Below are positions 39,701-52,694 of a stretch of 64,000 bases of DNA, piece by piece. The DNA is from Eledone cirrhosa (lineage: Eukaryota), in NCBI GenBank assembly GCA_964016885.1, contig OZ024760.1, positions 21,328,001-21,392,000 of the forward strand, given 5' to 3'. A model generated the notes under the pieces. That model did no database searches and was not told the DNA's origin. It saw only the letters and a program-made list of their open reading frames with translations. How positions within the stretch are numbered: the first letter of the stretch is position 1; every line of letters begins with the position of its first letter. The position numbers and the translations under genes were made by a program.

Positions 39701-42700
39701 CAGAGTGTTGGACAGTTACAGCCCCTTTACGTTCTGTGTTCAAATCCACCCCCTTTCATAAAGAAGCAGTTATCTAGGCAGTGGATTGGCAGTGTCGGCA
39801 GAGCGTTGGACAGTTACAGCCCCTTTACGTTCTGTGTTCAAATCCACCCCCTTTCATAAAGAACCAGTTATCTAGGCAGTGGATTGGCAGTGTCGGCAGA
39901 GCGTTGGACAGTTACAGCCCCTTTACGTTCTGTGTTCAAATCCACCCCCTTTCATAAAGAACCAGTTATCTAGGCAGTGGATTGGCAGTGTCGGCAGAGC
40001 GTTGGACAGTTACAGCCCCTTTACGTTCTGTGTTCAAATCCACCCCCTTTCATAAAGAAGCAGTTATCTAGGCAGTGGATTGGCAGTGTCGGCAGAGCGT
40101 TGGACAGTTACAGCCCCTTTACGTTCTGTGTTCAAATCCACCCCCTTTCATAAAGAACCAGTTATCTAGGCAGTGGATTGGCAGTGTCGGCAGAGCGTTG
40201 GACAGTTACAGCCCCTTTACGTTCTGTGTTCAAATCCACCCCCTTTCATAAAGAACCAGTTATCTAGGCAGTGGATTGGCAGTGTCGGCAGAGCGTTGGA
40301 CAGTTACAGCCCCTTTACGTTCTGTGTTCAAATCCACCCCCTTTCATAAAGAAGCAGTTATCTAGGCAGTGGATTGGCAGTGTCGGCAGAGCGTTGGACA
40401 GTTACAGCCCCTTTACGTTCTGTGTTCAAATCCACCCCCTTTCATAAAGAACCAGTTATCTAGGCAGTGGATTGGCAGTGTCGGCAGAGCGTTGGACAGT
40501 TACAGCCCCTTTACGTTCTGTGTTCAAATCCACCCCCTTTCATAAAGAACCAGTTATCTAGGCAGTGGATTGGCAGTGTCGGCAGAGTGTTGGACAGTTA
40601 CAGCCCCTTTACGTTCTGTGTTCAAATCCACCCCCTTTCATAAAGAACCAGTGGATTGGCAGAGTGTTGGACAGTTACAGCCCCTTTACGTTCTGTGTTC
40701 AAATCCACCCCCTTTCATAAAGAACCAGTTATCTAGGCAGTGGATTGGCAGTGTCGGCAGAGCGTTGGACAGTTACAGCCCCTTTACGTTCTGTGTTCAA
40801 ATCCACCCCCTTTCATAAAGAACCAGTTATCTAGGCAGTGGATTGGCAGTGTCGGCAGAGCGTTGGACAGTTACAGCCCCTTTACGTTCTGTGTTCAAAT
40901 CCACCCCCTTTCATAAAGAACCAGTTATCTAGGCAGTGGATTGGCAGTGTCGGCAGAGCGTTGGACAGTTACAGCCCCTTTACGTTCTGTGTTCAAATCC
41001 ACCCCCTTTCATAAAGAACCAGTTATCTAGGCAGTGGATTGGCAGTGTCGGCAGAGCGTTGGACAGTTACAGCCCCTTTACGTTCTGTGTTCAAATCCAC
41101 CCCCTTTCATAAAGAACCAGTTATCTAGGCAGTGGATTGGCAGTGTCGGCAGAGCGTTGGACAGTTACAGCCCCTTTACGTTCTGTGTTCAAATCCACCC
41201 CCTTTCATAAAGAACCAGTTATCTAGGCAGTGGATTGGCAGTGTCGGCAGAGCGTTGGACAGTTACAGCCCCTTTACGTTCTGTGTTCAAATCCACCCCC
41301 TTTCATAAAGAACCAGTTATCTTGGCAGTGTCGGCAGAGTGTTGGACAGTTACAGCCCCTTTACGTTCTGTGTTCAAATCCACCCCCTTTCATAAAGAAC
41401 CAGTTATCTAGGCAGTGTCGGCAGAGCGTTGGACAGTTACAGCCCCTTTACGTTCTGTGTTCAAATCCACCCCCTTTCATAAAGAACCAGTTATCTTGGC
41501 AGTGTCGGCAGAGTGTTGGACAGTTACAGCCCCTTTACGTTCTGTGTTCAAATCCACCCCCTTTCATAAAGAACCAGTTATCTAGGCAGTGTCGGCAGAG
41601 CGTTGGACAGTTACAGCCCCTTTACGTTCTGTGTTCAAATCCACCCCCTTTCATAAAGAACCAGTTATCTTGGCAGTGGATTGGCAGTGTCGGCAGAGTG
41701 TTGGACAGTTACAGCCCCTTTACGTTCTGTGTTCAAATCCACCCCCTTTCATAAAGAACCAGTTATCTAGGCAGTGTCGGCAGAGCGTTGGACAGTTACA
41801 GCCCCTTTACGTTCTGTGTTCAAATCCACCCCCTTTCATAAAGAACCAGTTATCTTGGCAGTGGATTGGCAGTGTCGGCAGAGTGTTGGACAGTTACAGC
41901 CCCTTTACGTTCTGTGTTCAAATCCACCCCCTTTCATAAAGAACCAGTTATCTAGGCAGTGTCGGCAGAGCGTTGGACAGTTACAGCCCCTTTACGTTCT
42001 GTGTTCAAATCCACCCCCTTTCATAAAGAACCAGTTATCTTGGCAGTGGATTGGCAGTGTCGGCAGAGTGTTGGACAGTTACAGCCCCTTTACGTTCTGT
42101 GTTCAAATCCACCCCCTTTCATAAAGAACCAGTTATCTAGGCAGTGGATTGGCAGTGTCGGCAGAGTGTTGGACAGTTACAGCCCCTTTACGTTCTGTGT
42201 TCAAATCCACCCCCTTTCATAAAGAACCAGTTATCTTGGCAGTGGATTGGCAGTGTCGGCAGAGTGTTGGACAGTTACAGCCCCTTTACGTTCTGTGTTC
42301 AAATCCACCCCCTTTCATAAAGAACCAGTGGATTGGCAGAGTGTTGGACAGTTACAGCCCCTTTACGTTCTGTGTTCAAATCCACCCCCTTTCATAAAGA
42401 ACCAGTTATCTAGGCAGTGGATTGGCAGTGTCGGCAGAGCGTTGGACAGTTACAGCCCCTTTACGTTCTGTGTTCAAATCCACCCCCTTTCATAAAGAAC
42501 CAGTTATCTTGGCAGTGTTGGCAGAGCGTTGGACAGTTACAGCCCCTTTACGTTCTGTGTTCAAATCCACCCCCTTTCATAAAGAACCAGTTATCTAGGC
42601 AGTGGATTGGCAGTGTCGGCAGAGTGTTGGACAGTTACAGCCCCTTTACGTTCTGTGTTCAAATCCACCCCCTTTCATAAAGAACCAGTTATCTAGGCAG

Positions 42701-45700
42701 TGGATTGGCAGAGTGTTGGACAGTTACAGCCCCTTTACGTTCTGTGTTCAAATCCACCCCCTTTCATAAAGAACTAGTTATCTAGGCAGTGGATTGGCAG
42801 TGTCGGCAGAGTGTTGGACAGTTACAGCCCCTTTACGTTCTGTGTTCAAATCCACCCCCTTTCATAAAGAACCAGTTATCTAGGCAGTGGATTGGCAGAG
42901 TGTTGGACAGTTACAGCCCCTTTACGTTCTGTGTTCAAATCCACCCCCTTTCATAAAGAACTAGTTATCTAGGCAGTGGATTGGCAGTGTCGGCAGAGTG
43001 TTGGACAGTTACAGCCCCTTTACGTTCTGTGTTCAAATCCGCCCCCTTTCATAAAGAACTAGTTATCTTGGCAGTGGATTGGCAGTGTCGGCAGAGTGTT
43101 GGACAGTTACAGCCCCTTTACGTTCTGTGTTCAAATCCACCCCCTTTCATAAAGAACTAGTTATCTTGGCAGTGGATTGGCAGTGTCGGCAGAGTGTTGG
43201 ACAGTTACAGCCCCTTTACGTTCTGTGTTCAAATCCGCCCCCTTTCATAAAGAACCAGTTATCTAGGCAGTGGATTGGCAGAGTGTTGGACAGTTACAGC
43301 CCCTTTACGTTCTGTGTTCAAATCCACCCCCTTTCATAAAGAACTAGTTATCTTGGCAGTGTCGGCAGAGCGTTGGACAGTTACAGCCCCTTTACGTTCT
43401 GTGTTCAAATCCACCCCCTTTCATAAAGAACTAGTTATCTTGGCAGTGTTGGCAGAGTGTTGGACAGTTACAGCCCCTTTACGTTCTGTGTTCAAATCCA
43501 CCCCCTTTCATAAAGAACTAGTTATCTAGGCAGTGGATTGGCAGTGTCGGCAGAGTGTTGGACAGTTACAGCCCCTTTACGTTCTGTGTTCAAATCCACC
43601 CCCTTTCATAAAGAACTAGTTATCTTGGCAGTGGATTGGCAGTGTCGGCAGAGTGTTGGACAGTTACAGCCCCTTTACGTTCTGTGTTCAAATCCACCCC
43701 CTTTCATAAAGAACCAGTTATCTAGGCAGTGGATTGGCAGTGTCGGCAGAGTGTTGGACAGTTACAGCCCCTTTACGTTCTGTGTTCAAATCCACCCCCT
43801 TTCATAAAGAACCAGTTATCTTGGCAGTGGATTGGCAGTGTCGGCAGAGTGTTGGACAGTTACAGCCCCTTTACGTTCTGTGTTCAAATCCACCCCCTTT
43901 CATAGAGAACCAGTTATCTAGGCAGTGGATTGGCAGTGTCGGCAGAGTGTTGGACAGTTACAGCCCCTTTACGTTCTGTGTTCAAATCCACCCCCTTTCA
44001 TAAAGAACCAGTTATCTAGGCAGTGGATTGGCAGTGTCGGCAGAGTGTTGGACAGTTACAGCCCCTTTACGTTCTGTGTTCAAATCCACCCCCTTTCATA
44101 AAGAACCAGTTATCTAGGCAGTGTTGGCAGAGTGTTGGACAGTTACAGCCCCTTTACGTTCTGTGTTCAAATCCACCCCCTTTCATAAAGAACCAGTTAT
44201 CTAGGCAGTGGATTGGCAGTGTCGGCAGAGTGTTGGACAGTTACAGCCCCTTTACGTTCTGTGTTCAAATCCACCCCCTTTCATAAAGAACCAGTTATCT
44301 AGGCAGTGTTGGCAGAGTGTTGGACAGTTACAGCCCCTTTACGTTCTGTGTTCAAATCCACCCCCTTTCATAAAGAACCAGTTATCTAGGCAGTGTTGGC
44401 AGAGTGTTGGACAGTTACAGCCCCTTTACGTTCTGTGTTCAAATCCACCCCCTTTCATAAAGAACCAGTGGATTGGCAGAGTGTTGGACAGTTACAGCCC
44501 CTTTACGTTCTGTGTTCAAATCCACCCCCTTTCATAAAGAACTAGTTATCTTGGCAGTGTCGGCAGAGTGTTGGACAGTTACAGCCCCTTTACGTTCTGT
44601 GTTCAAATCCACCCCCTTTCATAAAGAACTAGTTATCTAGGCAGTGGATTGGCAGTGTCGGCAGAGTGTTGGACAGTTACAGCCCCTTTACGTTCTGTGT
44701 TCAAATCCACCCCCTTTCATAAAGAACCAGTGGATTGGCAGAGTGTTGGACAGTTACAGCCCCTTTACGTTCTGTGTTCAAATCCACCCCCTTTCATAAC
44801 GAACCAGTGGATTGGCAGAGTGTTGGACAGTTACAGCCCCTTTACGTTCTGTGTTCAAATCCACCCCCTTTCATAAAGAACCAGTTATCTAGGCAGTGTC
44901 GGCAGAGTGTTGGACAGTTACAGCCCCTTTACGTTCTGTGTTCAAATCCACCCCCTTTCATAAAGAACCAGTGGATTGGCAGAGTGTTGGACAGTTACAG
45001 CCCCTTTACGTTCTGTGTTCAAATCCACCCCCTTTCATAAAGAACTAGTTATCTTGGCAGTGTCGGCAGAGTGTTGGACAGTTACAGCCCCTTTACGTTC
45101 TGTGTTCAAATCCACCCCCTTTCATAAAGAACTAGTTATCTAGGCAGTGGATTGGCAGTGTCGGCAGAGTGTTGGACAGTTACAGCCCCTTTACGTTCTG
45201 TGTTCAAATCCACCCCCTTTCATAAAGAACCAGTGGATTGGCAGAGTGTTGGACAGTTACAGCCCCTTTACGTTCTGTGTTCAAATCCACCCCCTTTCAT
45301 AAAGAACTAGTTATCTTGGCAGTGTCGGCAGAGTGTTGGACAGTTACAGCCCCTTTACGTTCTGTGTTCAAATCCACCCCCTTTCATAAAGAACCAGTGG
45401 ATTGGCAGAGTGTTGGACAGTTACAGCCCCTTTACGTTCTGTGTTCAAATCCACCCCCTTTCATAAAGAACTAGTTATCTTGGCAGTGTCGGCAGAGTGT
45501 TGGACAGTTACAGCCCCTTTACGTTCTGTGTTCAAATCCACCCCCTTTCATAAAGAACTAGTTATCTAGGCAGTGGATTGGCAGTGTCGGCAGAGTGTTG
45601 GACAGTTACAGCCCCTTTACGTTCTGTGTTCAAATCCACCCCCTTTCATAAAGAACCAGTGGATTGGCAGAGTGTTGGACAGTTACAGCCCCTTTACGTT

Positions 45701-48700
45701 CTGTGTTCAAATCCACCCCCTTTCATAAAGAACTAGTTATCTTGGCAGTGTCGGCAGAGTGTTGGACAGTTACAGCCCCTTTACGTTCTGTGTTCAAATC
45801 CACCCCCTTTCATAAAGAACCAGTGGATTGGCAGAGTGTTGGACAGTTACAGCCCCTTTACGTTCTGTGTTCAAATCCACCCCCTTTCATAAAGAACTAG
45901 TTATCTTGGCAGTGTCGGCAGAGTGTTGGACAGTTACAGCCCCTTTACGTTCTGTGTTCAAATCCACCCCCTTTCATAAAGAACTAGTTATCTAGGCAGT
46001 GGATTGGCAGTGTCGGCAGAGTGTTGGACAGTTACAGCCCCTTTACGTTCTGTGTTCAAATCCACCCCCTTTCATAAAGAACCAGTGGATTGGCAGAGTG
46101 TTGGACAGTTACAGCCCCTTTACGTTCTGTGTTCAAATCCACCCCCTTTCATAAAGAACTAGTTATCTTGGCAGTGTCGGCAGAGTGTTGGACAGTTACA
46201 GCCCCTTTACGTTCTGTGTTCAAATCCACCCCCTTTCATAAAGAACTAGTTATCTAGGCAGTGGATTGGCAGTGTCGGCAGAGTGTTGGACAGTTACAGC
46301 CCCTTTACGTTCTGTGTTCAAATCCACCCCCTTTCATAAAGAACCAGTGGATTGGCAGAGTGTTGGACAGTTACAGCCCCTTTACGTTCTGTGTTCAAAT
46401 CCACCCCCTTTCATAAAGAACCAGTGGATTGGCAGAGTGTTGGACAGTTACAGCCCCTTTACGTTCTGTGTTCAAATCCACCCCCTTTCATAAAGAACCA
46501 GTTATCTAGGCAGTGTCGGCAGAGTGTTGGACAGTTACAGCCCCTTTACGTTCTGTGTTCAAATCCACCCCCTTTCATAAAGAACCAGTGGATTGGCAGA
46601 GTGTTGGACAGTTACAGCCCCTTTACGTTCTGTGTTCAAATCCACCCCCTTTCATAAAGAACTAGTTATCTTGGCAGTGTCGGCAGAGTGTTGGACAGTT
46701 ACAGCCCCTTTACGTTCTGTGTTCAAATCCACCCCCTTTCATAAAGAACTAGTTATCTAGGCAGTGGATTGGCAGTGTCGGCAGAGTGTTGGACAGTTAC
46801 AGCCCCTTTACGTTCTGTGTTCAAATCCACCCCCTTTCATAAAGAACTAGTTATCTTGGCAGTGTCGGCAGAGTGTTGGACAGTTACAGCCCCTTTACGT
46901 TCTGTGTTCAAATCCACCCCCTTTCATAAAGAACTAGTTATCTAGGCAGTGGATTGGCAGTGTCGGCAGAGTGTTGGACAGTTACAGCCCCTTTACGTTC
47001 TGTGTTCAAATCCACCCCCTTTCATAAAGAACCAGTGGATTGGCAGAGTGTTGGACAGTTACAGCCCCTTTACGTTCTGTGTTCAAATCCACCCCCTTTC
47101 ATAAAGAACTAGTTATCTTGGCAGTGTCGCCAGAGTGTTGGACAGTTACAGCCCCTTTACGTTCTGTGTTCAAATCCACCCCCTTTCATAAAGAACCAGT
47201 GGATTGGCAGAGTGTTGGACAGTTACAGCCCCTTTACGTTCTGTGTTCAAATCCACCCCCTTTCATAAAGAACTAGTTATCTTGGCAGTGTCGGCAGAGT
47301 GTTGGACAGTTACAGCCCCTTTACGTTCTGTGTTCAAATCCACCCCCTTTCATAAAGAACTAGTTATCTAGGCAGTGGATTGGCAGTGTCGGCAGAGTGT
47401 TGGACAGTTACAGCCCCTTTACGTTCTGTGTTCAAATCCACCCCCTTTCATAAAGAACCAGTGGATTGGCAGAGTGTTGGACAGTTACAGCCCCTTTACG
47501 TTCTGTGTTCAAATCCACCCCCTTTCATAAAGAACTAGTTATCTTGGCAGTGTCGGCAGAGTGTTGGACAGTTACAGCCCCTTTACGTTCTGTGTTCAAA
47601 TCCACCCCCTTTCATAAAGAACTAGTTATCTAGGCAGTGGATTGGCAGTGTCGGCAGAGTGTTGGACAGTTACAGCCCCTTTACGTTCTGTGTTCAAATC
47701 CACCCCCTTTCATAAAGAACCAGTGGATTGGCAGAGTGTTGGACAGTTACAGCCCCTTTACGTTCTGTGTTCAAATCCACCCCCTTTCATAAAGAACTAG
47801 TTATCTTGGCAGTGTCGGCAGAGTGTTGGACAGTTACAGCCCCTTTACGTTCTGTGTTCAAATCCACCCCCTTTCATAAAGAACCAGTGGATTGGCAGAG
47901 TGTTGGACAGTTACAGCCCCTTTACGTTCTGTGTTCAAATCCACCCCCTTTCATAAAGAACTAGTTATCTTGGCAGTGTCGGCAGAGTGTTGGACAGTTA
48001 CAGCCCCTTTACGTTCTGTGTTCAAATCCACCCCCTTTCATAAAGAACTAGTTATCTAGGCAGTGGATTGGCAGTGTCGGCAGAGTGTTGGACAGTTACA
48101 GCCCCTTTACGTTCTGTGTTCAAATCCACCCCCTTTCATAAAGAACCAGTGGATTGGCAGAGTGTTGGACAGTTACAGCCCCTTTACGTTCTGTGTTCAA
48201 ATCCACCCCCTTTCATAAAGAACCAGTTATCTAGGCAGTGTCGGCAGAGTGTTGGACAGTTACAGCCCCTTTACGTTCTGTGTTCAAATCCACCCCCTTT
48301 CATAAAGAACCAGTGGATTGGCAGAGTGTTGGACAGTTACAGCCCCTTTACGTTCTGTGTTCAAATCCACCCCCTTTCATAAAGAACCAGTTATCTAGGC
48401 AGTGGATTGGCAGAACATCGGCCACAATGCTGTGTGCCCTTCCAGCTTTTTATGTTCTGAGTTCATACTTCAGAGACCAACTTTCGTCTCTCCAAGGTTG
48501 AAATAAAATACCAGCTAAATACTGCCCCCCCCCCGTAATTGATTTTATCATCAAATTGCTGGCCTTTTGACTAAATTTGAGACCATTTGTTTTTTCGATG
48601 TATGGGAGACAACTCTTTATTGACAATTAGCTGTGTATCCTCAGAGATATATATTGTGTGTGTGTGACGTGATCATATGATCATAGACTTGGTTCCTTGT

Positions 48701-49004
48701 GAGAGGTGTACATTGAAATAAGTTTAAGTTTGACCCATTATAACCACGTAGAAATGAAATAAAAAAAAAAAAACAAATGTCATTTTTTTTTTCACACCCC
48801 TAATTTTCAGGAGATGGCCACCTGTGAGATGTCGAAATCAATGTTACATTGTGCTAAAAGTTATAAGAGTACCACCCCTAGAAGTGAAGATTCCATCGAT
48901 AGTTCTGTGAGTACTTAACATTTATATTCTTCATTTATCTCATATCAGTTATGTATATATATGTGTATATATATATATATACACATATATATATATATAT
49001 ATAC

Positions 49005-49065
<61 letters not shown>

Positions 49066-49111
49066 TAAATATATATATAAATAAATATATATATATATAT
49101 ATACATATATA

Positions 49112-49149
<38 letters not shown>

Positions 49150-49150
49150 C

Positions 49151-49181
<31 letters not shown>

Positions 49182-49228
49182 CATACATATATATATATAT
49201 ACATATATATAAATATATATATATATAT

Positions 49229-49266
<38 letters not shown>

Positions 49267-50282
49267 CTATATATATATATATATATACACACATCTATAT
49301 ATATATTTACATCCGTGTCCACGGGTTGATATTTTCCGTTTCAGATCTTGCTTTAGGGTGAAAACAGAAATCGTTTGCTAATAATATATATAACAAAGAC
49401 GGTGTGATAAGATACCAGGTGGACCATAACCCCCCAGAGTACTCAATACTTGAGGTAGTAGAGTGGGTAATAGGAAAAGAGTCAGGAGCCCGATGACTGA
49501 GCTCCGACCGTTTTGACAACTAGTTCAGATCTAGTCGGGCTCCTGACTCTTTTCCTATACATATGGTTGGGTGGGTGTATAGGAAATTTATTTTCAGGAA
49601 AAAACTACCAGAATTCATATAGTGACTATTAATTAGTCAAATAGTTTGGATAAATTACCGTAGGAGATGGGGAAATGGTTGACTGATATGTCTGCAGGAA
49701 TAGAACCCTATATATGCTAACTTAGTTAACTAGTATAGGGTGGATTGGCAGAATCAGCAGAGCGTCAGACACTATGCTTTGCAGTTAAGTGGGTAAACAG
49801 CAGTGTAAAGACAATGAATAGGAAGAGATGGTGAGGGTAGAGGTGAAGAATAAGATGGAGAAGGTACAGAAGAAAGAGGAAACATAGAGGAGAAAGAGAT
49901 ATAAGATCATCATTAATGGCCCAGGTATAATAACTATTCAATGAGAAGATGTCTTAATAGATGGATGTTAAGTACCAGGTTGATAAGAAGTAAAGAATAA
50001 AAAATAAAAATAGACTTTCGCTTGGGTGTTCCTTTCCGATATAGTGAAAACATTTGGTTATTGGAATAACTTGTAAATTGCTGTATTGTTAACCTGAGAA
50101 ATCATTATTTAGTAAACCTTAATAGGTAATTAATAATATCTAACAATAAATAATCAATATTTGATAATAGCTAATTTGGATGGTGTAACTTGTATCCCAC
50201 ATGGGGTTAAATGTGTATATACAAATACACAGACACACACTTCTACGATACGGACCCTACCACCAGAGGTAGACAACAACAA

Positions 50283-50316
<34 letters not shown>

Positions 50317-52663
50317 AATGAATATATGATAGGGATAAACACTGATACAAGTATACATGTGTTTGCATTGCAAATGACCAAGTTAGCTAGATTTCTGGAT
50401 ACCTGCAGAAGAGCACAGGAATAGGAAATTTCACTTAATTGTTGCGAAACAAATTTAAAATTTAAAATTTGTCCAGGTATCACGACTGTTGCCAATATAG
50501 GTTTGTTTTTATTGATTTATTATTTTAAATCGAGACAGGCAAACCGTATTATTTTAATTGGTATTTTTCAATCTAGCTAACTTGGTCATTTGCAATGCAA
50601 ACACATGTATACTTGTATCAATGTTTATCCCTATCATATATTCATTTGTATTACACGGCTCAGAAATATTCCTTTCTTTGAGCTATTTAATTGTAAAAGA
50701 CTATTTGAGTTTATAACTCTATATATATATATATATATAATTCAAAATAAAAGATTTATATAGGAGCATATATCCATATATACAATATATTGTGTATATA
50801 CAGAGCACATATTTCAAAGAAAAATATTGAATTATTATAGCTCTGGACAAAGTCTGAGCTTTTTTTATTGAGAAACACAAAAATCAAACATTTGATGTTC
50901 TTGATACCCCACATTTGTGCGTGAATATATATATAAACGAATTGAGAGAGAGACTAAGCATAAGAGGAATCAAATGCTGTGTGCAGGAGAGAAGGTTGCA
51001 TTGGTGTGGACATGTGATGCGTATGAAGGATGACAGCTGCATAAAAAGGGGCAGAGCACTAAAAGTCGATGGAAACCTTGGAGTGGGGAGACCTAAGAAG
51101 ACCTGGGATGAGGTGATAAAAGCTGACCTTGCCTAATTGCACCTCTCAAAGACAATGACACAGGCCTGTGACCTCTGGCGTCACACAGTAATACAGAAGT
51201 CCCGACTTCCCACGGGTACAAGCCGAAGCTGAAGCATATTGACAATATGCCTCCACCCCCTCCCACTGCAAAGTGGTCGTGGCGATGTCACGACAAAAAA
51301 GCACCCAGCCCACACTGTAAAGTAGTTGTGTAGGCGCCATGGTAAAAAAAAACACCCAGTACTCACTGTAAATGAGGTTGGTGTTAGGAAGGGCATCCAG
51401 CTGTAGAAATCAAGCCAGAATCAGTTCCCGTATGGACAAGACAAGGTCATCTGACCTGGCATTGCTGACAACAGGACAACCCATATTAGCATGGAAGAAT
51501 GTACGTAAACCGGTGATGATGATGATGATATATACATACAGTAATCCCTCGTTTATCGCGCGGGATACATTCCAGTATCAACCGCGATATAGAGAAACCA
51601 TAAAGACAACCATTGTTTCCATAGTTTAAGCCTTAAAATACCTTTCCTACATGCTTTAAGTACATATAAACTCATTAAAACACACTTTTGTATTTAAACA
51701 CTAAAAACAGCCAGTAATGATTGTATAGAAACGACCATTACCAACCACGTTAGTCGCTTGGTAATACACTGCACATCTCCAGGCAATCTATGAAGGTTTG
51801 TAGTAGATTAGAGAAAAACAGTAATGGAATGAAGAATAGAAACATTTTTATAGTTAAAGCTTTAAGATGCCCCTTCCTTACGATATACATTTCAATAACA
51901 TTGAAACTTATTTAATAAGATTAAATTTTAAATACTTTTTATTCAGACGCACGTACCGTGATAAGAAAATAGATATATTCTAATGAAACATCTGTGATGT
52001 AGTGAGGATTACTAGGATATGAAATTAGATACTTCCAAAGAAAAATCTGCGACATTAGCCGGGAGATTACTGTATATGCATGTGTGTATGTGTCAAAAGT
52101 AAACAGATAAACAACACAAGGAAATGATAGAGGACAATGAAGATATATATGTTTAATGCTTCATATAGTAGGGGGGGGGGGGGATTTTATTTCAGATGAT
52201 AGTCCTTCATCAGATGATAGAATGAAAAATAAAAGAAATAGAAAGAGCCAAGAATAAGAATCAGAAAAAAAAATGTTTATATATTTCAACGGATAGACAA
52301 TATCCAATATGAATCTAATAATAAACGATAATTGAATGCAAATATTCTAATCTGTAATATAACTTAATATTGAATTGTAATATTCCATTTCACATTTCAC
52401 TGTATTTGTATTTATTTGTATTTTAATATTATTTTTATTTTAATATTTATTGTAACTGGGGCTTTTTTTTTTTTTTTACCTTGTCCAATTTCCTTTAATT
52501 TGGGTGGTCTCTTTACTATCCAAATTATTGGTACTGTTTGGTCACTGCTGGCCAGAACTAAGGGTGGCAAATTTGCAGAGTTGTTCAGAGGTTGGACAGA
52601 ATGCTTGCACTTTGAGATCAACTTTGCCTTGCATCATTTCTACATAAAACAGTACCAGTCTGG

Positions 52664-52694
<31 letters not shown>

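Noticed and set aside
33356-48413. CRISPR-like array, or a cluster of dozens of small genes
   Set aside because: The linkers are three recurring modules, not unique spacers. The context is eukaryotic with no cas genes, and the ORFs are translations of the satellite.
33356-48413. tRNA gene cluster
   Set aside because: A and B boxes are present, but I could not fold an acceptor stem or cloverleaf, and there is no T-run terminator. The unit matches the adjacent SINE head.
48935-49322. Tyr/Ile-rich ORFs
   Set aside because: Translations of a (TA)n microsatellite; the same applies to the YI, CV and SL-rich ORFs at about 17450-17920 and 27200-27560.
49357-49407. Alternative lamin last exon [16 protein letters not shown] resembling a decayed CaaX exon
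   Set aside because: No cysteine, an upstream AG competes for the acceptor, and it lies in an imperfect palindromic repeat-like segment; the resemblance is probably chance.
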